DNA of 64,000 nucleotides from Kudoa neothunni (Eukaryota > Animalia > Cnidaria): the NCBI GenBank assembly GCA_964304625.1, contig OZ199838.1, positions 1,024,809-1,088,808 of the forward strand, in the 5' to 3' direction. Below, in pieces: positions 52,597 through 64,000 of this stretch. A program made the position numbers and the translations under genes. How positions within the stretch are numbered: the first letter of the stretch is position 1; each line of letters begins with the position of its first letter. The notes below the pieces were generated by a model. That model searched no databases. It was not told the origin of the DNA and saw only the letters and a list, made by a program, of their open reading frames with translations.

Positions 52597-54490
52597 TTAG
52601 GCCAAATCTATAGGATGTTTCACGAACATACGGGACTTTTTGTGCGATCTGTAGTAAACAAAGCCTCCAACAATCAACGCTATTATTGCCACCGCCACAA
52701 TCATACTAGACAACGCAGTTACGTTGGTTTGACTCTTTCCATTATTCAATTGTATTGTTGGAGTTTCAGAGACTTGATTGTTATCAGAAGTTCCTATTTG
52801 GTTGTTTCCTGTTGGGGGTATTAAACCTTGCTCAGTGTTTGCCTCTTCTTCGTCGTCGATTGGGAACAGATCTGGAACCTCTTCTAGTTCTGGAATCTCT
52901 TTTACAACGTTAATTTCAGGGACTGATTTAGATTTATGTGAGTTGAACTGATCTTCCAATTTTTTCCCATTTGTCATTAAATGGTTATAATATGTATTAA
53001 CACGTAAATGGTGATCACGAGTATCAATTAACGCTTGAGAAATTATATTCTCTCTTTGCTTGAAAAAAGTTACATATTTGGCAATACTTTCTGAATCGGT
53101 ATCCACTGAATAGCTCCAGGGAGATCTAGTGTAAGCCGTCAACATTCGCAAGCTGTGATGTTTGTTTTCATGAGGGAGCTTTTTTTCAATGTCTAGGATA
53201 AATTCAAGCACCTCAACGGTTAATTCCATATTTTTGATAGAAGAATTTATTTTGTTAAGAATTCCAGCATGCTGTGTTGTGGTCTCTGTAATGAGACTAT
53301 CCACATTTTCAATTATTTTTTTCATATTGTTTGTACCGCCTTCCACCTTCTGTTTGTCACTTAAATGTTCATTCAATGAGGCGATAGTTATTTGGAGCAC
53401 ATTTTGACTTTCCGACGGAAATTTAACAAGATGGTTAGATACTTGGGCAATTAGTTCTTTAATTGTGCTAGTTTCTCTTTCAACCGTAACATGTAAACTT
53501 TCAACCTTGTGAATGTAATTCTTTATTCTATTCAAGTCATTGTTGAATCCCGAGATATGAACTCTCGTAATATCATTTTTCCAAGATTTATGCCTTTCGA
53601 TTTCTACTTTCAACTTTTGGATGTATTGTTGCACATCATTACGAACTTCATTCAGTGCGGTAACTATCTCACCGTATTTCAAATACGTCTCAGAAATTAC
53701 TGAATCTGGTTGAGGAATTTTGTTTATTTCACTACAAACATTTTGAATTTTTGTTATAATATCAGTTATTTCACTAAAAAGTTTTTTTAATTTATTCTCT
53801 AAATTGTAACTACTGACAATATTTCTGTAACCAAGATAGTTAGTTTTATGCTCACTGGCGCAATGTTCTTTCGATTGTTTGATAGATTCAAAATACTTCC
53901 TCATTAATTTTTGTTTATCACTCAAATCATTTGTAGATAACATAGCACTTCTTATTTTGTCCATGAAAATTATGTTATCGTTTTTCAATTTGTTCAAAGC
54001 ATTTTTGGAACGAGCAACATCCAAAATTAATGGATCAAATTGATCATAATAATTTCTTAATACATGTTCGACAACTGGAATATTTTCAGTGACAAACTTT
54101 GACTGTTTCAAGAAATCGAAGGTTGAGGTCATTTCTGAGAAGAATTTCGTTGGTTTTGGAAAAATAACACTGGGTCGGATCAACGTTCGCTCTGTTGGGC
54201 CGTGTAAGTCGCTTATTTTGCAAAATTTATACTCAGCTGTATCGTAATTGTAATCTTTTTCTTTATATTGGTCAAAAGGAATATTTTGGTTGTACGTACA
54301 TTTGATTAGATGCATTGTTTCATAATCAGTGTTACTTGTTGGTTTGAGGCCTCGAGTATTTTGAAAAGAATCACCCAAATAACCGGTATATGTGTATGAA
54401 AAACATCTGACTTTTTATTTCAATCAAATAGTTACAATTTTATATACAATTATTACCTGAAAATAGTAAGAATAGTTGTATTGTAATCAT
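52597..54490 (-). CDS. Orphan type-I membrane protein with long helical/coiled-coil ectodomain (~615 aa)
   Basis: 593-aa ORF extended by a 34-nt first exon (ATG 54490, 46-nt GT-AG intron 54456-54411), giving signal peptide MITIQLFLLFSVRCFS. Heptad-rich middle region and acidic/Pro stalk. TM segment MIVAVAIIALIVGGFVYY, basic stop-transfer RSHKKSR and a short tail. Confidence 0.85.
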
Positions 54491-55442
54491 TATAGCTTCG
54501 TAAACCGTCGAATAATTAAATTTAAATTGAATCGATTGATATAACGAATATAATTACACATTATTAAAATTTTTCACGTTTAAATTTAATTAGAAACTTA
54601 GAAATTGTAGTTTGTAGTCATATTTTGATAATATAGTTCAACATCTTTAAGTATAGAACGAAGAATGTCCAAACTGAACGGAACCTAACGTTGTTTCTCA
54701 ATAACGTGGAATAATCGTCCTTTCCTATTGATATCATTGAATATGTTTAATCATATTATATTAATTGCACATTTTTCAATTTATTTTGAATGAAAGTTTA
54801 TTTTTCTCATAATAACTTTATTATATATTCGATGCGAGATGAATACCTTTATTCCACTGAATAGATTCGACAAATGTAAGTACCCAAACATAATTGTTTG
54901 TCATATAACCGATATTATCTATCAAGTCGACGTAAATGTTATGTGGTTTATTTATTTATATTTATTAAAACCACTTTTTTACATCGTGAAAATGATATTA
55001 TTTATATATAAACTAATAAATATTTTAATTCATAATAATTTTATATTTAATATAATTCAAATAGAGTCATGTTGTTAATCACTTGTTTGAAATCGACACT
55101 TTCTCCGTAAAGTTCAGGTTCAGTCAGAGGCATAATCTTATCTTAGGATCAAAATGTTAAATTGAATTAAAGGTTAACCAATTAATAAAACACCCTTATC
55201 AACAAACCTCATATATATTTTAAACCAGCAGGGACTGCTCAGCTTTGCACGGGATTGAGAAAATATTATTATATAATATGTTTAACTATTCAAGTAAAAA
55301 TGGAGTAGAAATCAACCTCACTATTGTTTGACTGAAATTATTTAAAATTGAAATTTATTAAATTTTGTAACTAAATGAAAAAGTAGGATTTAGTAATGTA
55401 TCGAAAACGAAACGTAACACCTCCCCGTGTGTGTTTTCTTAA

Positions 55443-58400
55443 GGCAGTGGCTATTACCACGGGAATCAATTTCTCTGCAATTGTTGTCTCTATTAAATAA
55501 CTAATTTCACATTACTATTATTTATATTTTTCTCTACTAAATTATAGAATTAGGTAACAATTAATAATATCTTTTTTTACATATTTATATTGTTTATTTT
55601 ATTGATCGCTTTCCATAATTAAATGAAAGATTTATTAATCTTAATTTAATGCATGATCAAAATTGTATTATATCATTTTCTGTCAATAATAAGATTAAAG
55701 TTAAAGAATTTTGTGTGATTTTGTAGGTTTGACATTACTCTTGAAGAGCGCGCCTTTACATGATATATTCAACCTCGTGTTATTTAATTTATTTCCAATC
55801 TTTACAATGTTTAAATTATGTGATTTATTGTATTCTATTCATAAATTATGAACTTCAAGATAAGATATGCTCATTATATTTCACAGAAATGATGTGAATT
55901 TTCCGCGTTAGTTTTCAATATAGACAAGACATTTGAGAAAACTAATCATAATTAGGTTATTTTTCAGAAATTAGATGAATATAACACGATGAACAATGGT
56001 TATCCTAGTCAAATAAATAATGAGAGATCTAAGAAAATTTAGTTTTCTTTTTGTATCCAATAGTGGTTAAAGCGTATCCCTTTGGTCTCCCAACAGACTT
56101 CAATTGGGAGGGAATTTTTAAGGCTAAAATAATTTAAAAAAAGAAAGGAAATGAAAGTACCATCATGCTCGATCATATTTAAAGTAGGTGCTAATTGATC
56201 TTTAGATAAAACAGTTTGGAACTCGGGAGCATTTTCATTTGAAATATTATTAACAATAATATTCTCGATAATCTCCTCACCTTGCGGAACAATATTATTA
56301 CCAACACCCTCAACAATTATTTGAGAATTAAAAATATTCTCAATAACATCTATTTTTTTTAAGTTAGATACGAGTAAAATATTCAAGTTAAGCGTCGTAT
56401 ACCTCTTCCTTCAGAGATATCTTCATCTTCGGCTATAGCCTCAGAGTATTCAATGGTGCGATTTCCTAACAATAAATCAAGAAAAATTAAGTTTTCTTAA
56501 GATACCTAATTGATTTATTTGTTTTATTAATTTGATGTCGTGGTTCTTGATTATTTTTTCTATTGTGTTGAATAGTGATAGGCAACTATCATAAAACTCC
56601 CCACAATATTCAGCGGACAAAGCTGCTAGCTTATTTGTGTAAATCACAGAATTTTTTAAACGTTTTCCAAAAGAATTAAAAATTCCTATTGGTTTTATTG
56701 TAATACTCTCTTTTGGTGTTATATTTATAGTTTCCATTTCCAAGAATCGGCTCATGTAATCTTTTGACCACCTAGGGTGGCATAAATTTGAATCGAACCT
56801 TGGAAGCAGGTTAAACGCTCTCTTTTTAAAAATACGACTACCCGGAAGGAGATACGATCTGTAAATATAACAATTGCATCCAATGGATGTAGTTAAACTA
56901 TCTGTATTCGTGTTTTCGTTAAAATTTTGAATTTATTTGTGGATTATATTGAAGGCAAATGGATTTAAATGATTAAAATACGCGTTTAGAACTTCATTTC
57001 AGGAATCAAAATTAACTGGGTTCAGTAATATTTTGGTTATATTGTATCCTCTTTTTATTCTCATTGATTTGAGATCGTCGAAGAAATAGCAGAAAAAATC
57101 ATTAATATTCGAAAATTTCTTTATTGTTTGTTTTAGTTGACCATTGATGGCTTCTAATCTATTATTAGTCAAGTTTTCATAGAATTGATTTGCTTCACTT
57201 AATCCTATGACACATTCATCAGCGATTGGATTTAAAATAGTTAATAAATTTATCATTGCTTTATTGAAAATAATTATTGCATAGTTTATCGAATTCATGT
57301 TTATTTTTCGAATAGATAATTTTATTAAGAGTTTCAAGCAATTAGTTCCTTTTCTCTCGAGTGATACTCTATTTCGACATAGTTATTTCACGTCAAAAAC
57401 TTTGAGAAACATGAAATATGCAGATCATTAGATTGGAGTTAGGAAATAATTCTTTCAAACACTTCCTTAGAGTGTGGTGCTTGTCAGTAATGATCGTTCG
57501 GACATTTTGAGTCATGTTCGGCATCATTTTTATTAGTTGAGAAATATACCATTTAACTGACTCCGCCGTTTCATCGAACAAGATGCAGCCGCTAGTTATG
57601 TGGGTTTCACCAACCGAGTCTTCTGCAACAGACAGATACAATGGCGCACTAATGAACTAATAAAACAACGAAATAGAGAAAACCTCCTAAGATTACCGTG
57701 AGTCTAGCAGTTTATAGGTTGCATCAAGCATGAGTAACTCTGGAAAGAAATTAATTGTGTTGAGCATCTGTTTATCCATAAAAAAGATTCCACAAACATT
57801 TTTATTATCATCTGATAAAACGCTCACCATGCAATTGTATTGATTCTTTAAAATTTCTAAAATTAAAGCAACGTTATCAGTTCCAACTTCAGAGGATTTT
57901 TTAATGTTGTGGATAGCTTTCAAAGGTATATTCTTGCCTGTCTCGTCATTTATCTTGGCTTGTATGAGCTTTTTGTTTGCTCTGACAAATAGCCATCACA
58001 TTGGTTTAATTTCCTCTGACTGGGTAAGTTTTCATAGATCCATGGATCATTTGGAGGGTTATGGGCAGTGTTACAAGATCTAATCTCCAGGAAATTTCCA
58101 TCTACACTTACTCTTAATGTAACTTTAAATGGGCAATCTCTCTTAAGGGAATTTTTCTTGCGTTCGCCTTTACCTCTATTTCGGTAATGGGCTTCAAAGT
58201 AACATACGTAAGTTATTTCGTAATACACTAGCGTGTTTTTAATATTTCGATTAACCCGGTTTTGCACTGAATCAATTCTTCTTGAATCTCGAATCTTCAA
58301 ATTCACAAAATGACTTTTCTCATACTCTTGAATATAAAATTTTAAACTTTCAAATTTCATTCCAACATGAAAATTGTCTGAATTCGAATCACTCATTGTA

Positions 58401-58695
58401 GTTTAACCAAACTCGTGAAACACGTGGAGTTATGTTTACTCTGCATGGCTCAAAGCAATAATTTAGAAATGATTAATATTTATAATTAATTCAACGTTAA
58501 TATTGTTTTCGTCTATTAAATTCGCTAACATTTATGTTTCTGACCGTCTATTTTACATAAATTTACAACCATCTCAAATTTCTTTATTTTTCATAATTTA
58601 GTAGAGAAAAATATAAATAATAGTAATGTGAGATTAGTTATTTAATAGAGATAACAATTGCAGAGAAATTGATTCCCGTGGTAATAGCCACTACC
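55443..58695 (-). mobile_element. Mutator-like element (MULE, ZSWIM3/FAR1-type transposase, inactivated)
   Basis: 103-bp TIRs at 55443-55545 and 58593-58695 (3 mismatches). 9-bp TSD TTTTCTTAA / TTTTCTAAA. Fragments: WRKY/GCM1-like CPFKVTL..HN, LLMLDATYK, IITDK..CIFHV, TNNRLEAINGQLK and a SWIM remnant near 56880. Confidence 0.95.
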
Positions 58696-58789
58696 TTTTC
58701 TAAATAGAATAAATCGCGCATTATCGGATTTTATGTTAAGCAAAATAATAAAAAACGTAACTAATATAATGAAAAAGTCGAATAATCAT

Positions 58790-60045
58790 TTATATTACTG
58801 ATGAAATTTTTCGAAGAAAACAATCGCAGTTTTTACAATGATGAAATGTGACATTCTTGCACATGATGCATCCTGTACGAGTTTTATTGGGATGAGAAAT
58901 AATGCAAGGAGATCTATAAATTTTCGAGAGTTGTTGTTTTGAGATAGCGGATATACGCCCAATATTTATTCTTTCTTTTGGCTCAATAAGGACGATGACA
59001 ACTTGTCTTATATGGGCCAATAAGTTAAGTGAATTTTTGTTCACTTTATTGTAAAGCCTCCATAAATTGACTAAAGCCATAGATACCATATTTGTAAATA
59101 GTGACCAATACCACTTTTTAGAGCGGATTCTTATGCGATAGCACGAAATACAATTATTAACCAAGTCCACTCCACCCATATGCTAGTTATAGTTATAAAA
59201 GGAGAATGGTTGATAGATATTGCGATTGCATTTCTATTCTTTAACATAGCGAGTTATCTTATGAACTGGGCATTAATTATAGTAGTTACTCATTAAAACA
59301 ACAGATCTAATTTCATTCCATTGAGTGCATACAATATTTGACATGGTATGTATGTATGTATGTATATAGCTTCCAAATTCTCCACGGGGTTGTTTTTGAA
59401 ACTTCTTAGGAAGTGTCAGTGGACATTTCGATAATCCGTTTTGTCTAACAGTTCCCGTACCATTAACTCCAATTTTTTTAAGCTCGACAATTAAATTTAA
59501 ATTAAATGAGGTGGAAAAATTGTCAAAGAATACTTTTAATGGACCCGTGTCTCTTATTTCATCTATAAATTTTTTCACAACGCTGCCAATGAGACCAAGA
59601 TTTATATCATAGGGGGCTGATTTTCCAAGATCAAGATCGAAACTCTACATGTATCCCCTTGAAGATTCCATAATCCTTTTCTTAAACCTGAAGCGAATGG
59701 GTTTGTTTTTTAAAGACATTTTAACTGATTGACGCCCTAATGTATGGAACCATTTGTTTGTCTATCGACATGTTTTTCTAAAAAAATTCCGTACATTTTA
59801 AATGTAGAGTTCAGTTGATCCATTAATGGACGAATTTTAAATGTCATGTCTTCTACGTTGATATTTGCGTTATCGTTTAAATGTATGTATTTCTTTATTA
59901 ATTTGAATCTTTTATAATTTATAGTTGTTTGTATAATTTCAAAGCCGGAATCAATTACTGGTTCCCAATACATATGATGTCTTGAGAGTGCATGGTAACC
60001 AGTAACAATTAAGATTCCAATAAATGATTTAAGATCATCTATCAT
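58790..60045 (-). pseudogene. Decayed piggyBac transposase (PGBD2/3-like)
   Basis: Fragments IHLNDN..FKIRPLMDQLN, VFFDNFSTS..GTGTVRQN and MGGVDL..YRIRIRSKKWYW, plus a C-terminal Cys-rich domain. Broken by frameshifts. Confidence 0.85.
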
Positions 60046-61120
60046 CTATAGTTAAATGAAAATCACAGTCACTTTTTACGATCCTAAAACTTGCTCTTTT
60101 TTACAATATGCAATAACAATTTATAATCGAAAAATTGCTGAAATAGCTCATATGATGATGATATATGGGAGTCGGGTAAACCATTTAAATCCGTTTGGTC
60201 CTTTAATTGGGAAACCTCTTGTTCATTCGATGAAACGTCTAAACAGTATAAATTGAAAGGTTGATAAATCCAGCGAGAACAATTAAAAACATCTTGACTC
60301 TTTGTTTCATTTAAAAAAGAAGGAAATATTTCAGCATTCCCACAAACTTTGTTAAATCTTCTAAGTTAATAACCACAGACATTATTTGGAGAAATTACTC
60401 CCTGTATCTGTTAGTTCATCAACATCATGAGGAAGAATAATGATATCAATGAATCCATCATCTTCAATTATCTCATTAACATTTATTGCATCTATAAAGT
60501 TTTTATAACACGTTTGCTACATTTTTATTTGATAACGATCAGAAAGAGTTGTACTAATAATATGTCACTTGTCATGTTTAGCGTTTCGTTTTCGAAACGT
60601 CGAAATATATATTATTTTATTTACTTTTAATTGATGTGAATTTTTTTTACAATAATAAACGTTATTTGTTAATTATAATTATGAAATAATTGTGAAAAAA
60701 GAAATATTTTTCAATGTGCTAGCATAAAAATATTACTTGGGCTATGAAAAACACAATCAAGAGCAAATATCTTGTAATAACATAAAACCGAATTAATTTA
60801 TTTCCCTTTATTAAAATAAAAATAATTAGCATATAATTGTTAAAATAAATTTTCTTAAGTAAATATAATGTTTGCGTTATTGAAATAAATATGACAACTT
60901 TAATTTTGTTTCGAAAACGATAACACAAACCCAGAAAAGGATAATTATGAAATCATGTCATTTCACGCAGGCGCGACCTAATTTCCATAATTTTACCTAA
61001 TTATTTATCTTATTTAATATAATAAAAATAAAATAAATCGCATTAATTGTTCATAAATAATAAAATCATCCATGTTAATCCGAAAAACTTAAAAAAGACT
61101 AAAATATCTCTCACCAAAAC

Positions 61121-61136
61121 CACGTGCATGCGCGCA
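61121..61136. promoter_or_regulatory. E-box CACGTG overlapping an NRF-1-like GCATGCGC upstream of NOP2
   Basis: CACGTGCATGCGCGCA lies ~45 nt before the ATG. Myc E-boxes are typical of metazoan ribosome-biogenesis promoters. Confidence 0.5.
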
Positions 61137-61178
61137 TTCATAAAATAGCTTCGTCACAAGGATACATCATATTCTAAT

Positions 61179-63372
61179 ATGGGCAGACTTACAAAACAGG
61201 ATCTCAAAAAAAGACAACATGCCAACAAATTTTCCATAAGAAAACTCAAGAAGAAAGGTATTGATTCAGTACAAGCTAAAAAGATGGCGAAAAAACGTAC
61301 AATGAAGCAAGAAAAGGTGGTTGCAAACAAATCCCAATTAAAAAATGAACATTCAGAAGAATATTTCAGTGATAATAGTAGTATAAGGGATGATAATGAT
61401 CCTCAAGAATCTCATTCAACTGACAACGAGATCGATTTTAGTGTGGAGGAAAAGGATTATCAAAAATTCACTGACAAAAATATTGATCTTATTGAACAAC
61501 AACAACAACAACAAATGGATATAGTTGATACGATGAAGAATGGAGAACGTGTGTCTCCTTTGGATAATGTTAGCGGTGATATGGTTGAAGTGAATGAGAG
61601 AATTAAAAAAAGTTTGGAAATATTGTCTAATTTTAAAGAACTGAACAATGGTGTTCCTCGCAACCAATACATTAGCCAACTTAAAGTGGATTTATGCAAT
61701 TGTTTCGGCTATAACGAATATTTGATGACAAAATTTATGAATTTGTTTCCTTTGTGTGATTTAATTGCTTTTCTGGAAGCTAGCGAAAAACAACGTCCCA
61801 TCACAATCAGAACCAACTCATTGAAAACTAGAAGACGCGAACTTGCACAAGCTCTCATTGAACGTGGTGTAAATTTGGATCCTATTGGAGAGTGGTCAAA
61901 GGTTGGATTGACTATTTATGATTCGACTGTCCCTATCGGTGCTACACCGGAATATTTGGCTGGTCATTATATGCTCCAAGGTGCGTCATCTTTTTTGCCT
62001 GTTATGGCCCTAGCTCCTAAACCTAACGAAAAAATTCTTGACATGTGTGCTGCTCCAGGTGGAAAATCGTCCTACATTGGTACTCTTTTATTTTGTGGTT
62101 TAATTTATTTATTCATTATTTTAGCTACACTTATGAAAAATACTGGAATACTTATTTGTAACGACGCCAATCAGGAACGTCTTCCATCACTGTATGCCAA
62201 TATGCACAGAATGGGTATACTTCTAGAAGAAATTTGCATTATTCTTTTATTTGTATAAACTATTAAACTTAATTGTATCATATCTTCAATATATAATAAT
62301 CCTTATATTGATTTATTGTGTTTATTATTCTTATCACTTTTTTAGGGGTTTCTAATTGTATAGTTACTCATTATGATGGAAGGTCGTTCACAAAAGTGAG
62401 CATTTATTAATTATAATAATATTGTGACATTAAATAATAGATGGGAGACAAATATGATCGAATATTATTGGACGCGCCTTGCACTGGTACTGGAATTATT
62501 AGTAAAGATCCTGGAGTGAAAATATCAAAGGTATGTGATGTTTGAAAGGCGAAAATATTTTGTGAGCGTGCATGTGAATCGGTTATTTCTTTTCGTAACT
62601 AGAATCATGATATTTAAGTATTTAATATATATAACATGTGTTTTAATATCTGTAAAATTTATAATAAAAATGTAATTTTGCGAAAACTCTCTGATGAATT
62701 TAATAATTATTATTTTGATTATTAAATAAGATAAGTAGACTAGAATATTTTTATTATTTTTGAATCCATCTTTACCGTAGATAAATAATATTTTTATATT
62801 TTTACGCGTTATTGAATTTTCGTCCTTTATTCATTTCAATAGAAAATTATTGTGCCTTGTACACCAATTTTAATTAGGACCATAACGACCTGAAGATATG
62901 CTCTCAAACCCAAAAAGAATTAATATTGACCGCCATTGACTGCCTTGATGCTAAATCATCCTCTGGAGGCTACTTAGTCTATTCCACTTGTTCTGTTATG
63001 ACTGAAGAAAATGAGGCTGTCATTGATTATGCTTTGAAAAAGAGAGACGTCAAAATTGTTGAAACTGGTCTGGCTTTTGGTTGTGAAGGATTCACCAGCT
63101 TCCGTGGAAGCAATTTCCACCCCACACTCAAACTCACAAAACGCTATTTCCCACATGTGCATGATATGGATGGATTCTTTGTTGCAAAAATTAAGAAAAT
63201 GTCTAATAAAGTTGATAAAATTTCTGATAAATCTCAAACTAAAAATTCTACGGACGTTCCAAATCCTTCTGATAATGATGAGACCAAATCACAAAAAGCT
63301 AATAAAGTAATAAAACCTGTTGGCAAAAAACAACTTTCTAAACCTGTGAAATCAAAGAAAAACAAAAAATAA
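61179..63372 (+). CDS. NOP2: 25S/28S rRNA m5C methyltransferase NOP2/NOL1
   Basis: Motifs [70 protein letters not shown] and YSTCS. Introns 62080-62124, 62215-62345, 62396-62440 and 62531-62877. Confidence 0.96.
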
Positions 63373-64000
63373 TATTATTAAATAGATTATGTGTAGATTG
63401 TACCTTTGTTTACAATGTTTTTTTTTCTTTGAGTGCTACTTGTGGGCCATTTACGTTGTTTGTGGATTTTACTCTTCCATTAACTCACAAAGTGTTTTAT
63501 TATGTTTTATTTCAAGCAAAAATGTTAGTCTATATGTCCATGATAGTTTTATTTCTATTGTTGTCTCATCCATATCTACTACCTACTATACATATAAAGC
63601 TGATGTGTCAGCAAATACGCATATACGTCAACATTTTTTCCTTATAGAGAAACATTTATGAAATTTTTTAAGAATCGAAATGTTCAAAACAAATCTTTAA
63701 ATCGTTTTTATATTACAAAATGTTCCTAAAAGTGTTTAGAAAATAGTGATTTTGTCTTTTCAAGTTTGTTTAACGGATTACTTGAGTTCAACAATAGGAT
63801 TAACACCTGCCTATGACCTACTGATGGTCGGTTTAAGTTAACTTTCCTCCTTATATACTTTATTAAATTTAAATTAAACAATATCATCTGACTTTGTATA
63901 TAATGTTGGCATTTCTATTTAGGTGTTTAGGTAGATTTACTCCTTATTTGTGGAATTTTAACGTATTTGATTTGATAAGTATATTTAAAAAGTTCTATTA

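Noticed and set aside
54839-55078. Short I/F/L/N-rich ORFs in AT-rich DNA (also 60427, 60719, 63389 and 28442)
   Set aside because: Their composition is what chance ORFs in very AT-rich DNA look like, with no motifs or splice support.
61496-61514. CAA repeat (poly-Q) in NOP2 and (TA)n tracts at ~24801 and ~26682
   Set aside because: Ordinary microsatellites with no further structure.

Overview
Very AT-rich, intron-containing eukaryotic (probably animal) genomic DNA with mostly short, 40-60 nt GT-AG introns. The compact style suggests a reduced or parasitic lineage such as a myxozoan or orthonectid, but this is inference and the taxon cannot be fixed from the sequence. Positions ~3-44 kb hold a tandem array of six minus-strand paralogs that the ORF track shows only as fragments. 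Splicing by eye gives a 6-exon, ~470-aa secreted protein: signal peptide, five Kunitz/BPTI-type modules (one per exon, all introns phase 1, only module 2 with all six Cys), a hypervariable S/T/D/E/V-rich linker and a conserved C-terminal hydrophobic C-x6-C-(W)YK loop. The copies are recombinant mosaics of one another. The basic repeat unit is ~5.6-5.75 kb, and two spacers are inflated by transposons: a hAT element with an 8-bp TSD, two inverted non-autonomous hAT copies, and a piggyBac inserted at TTAA that carries a nested 1.25-kb mini LTR element with 82-bp LTRs. Right of the array lie SKI2 (SKIV2L), a 4-exon mitochondrial ribosomal protein L33 gene missed by the ORF track, an orphan type-I membrane coiled-coil protein, a Mutator element with 103-bp TIRs, a decayed piggyBac and NOP2. 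No CRISPR array, rRNA or tRNA gene was found.
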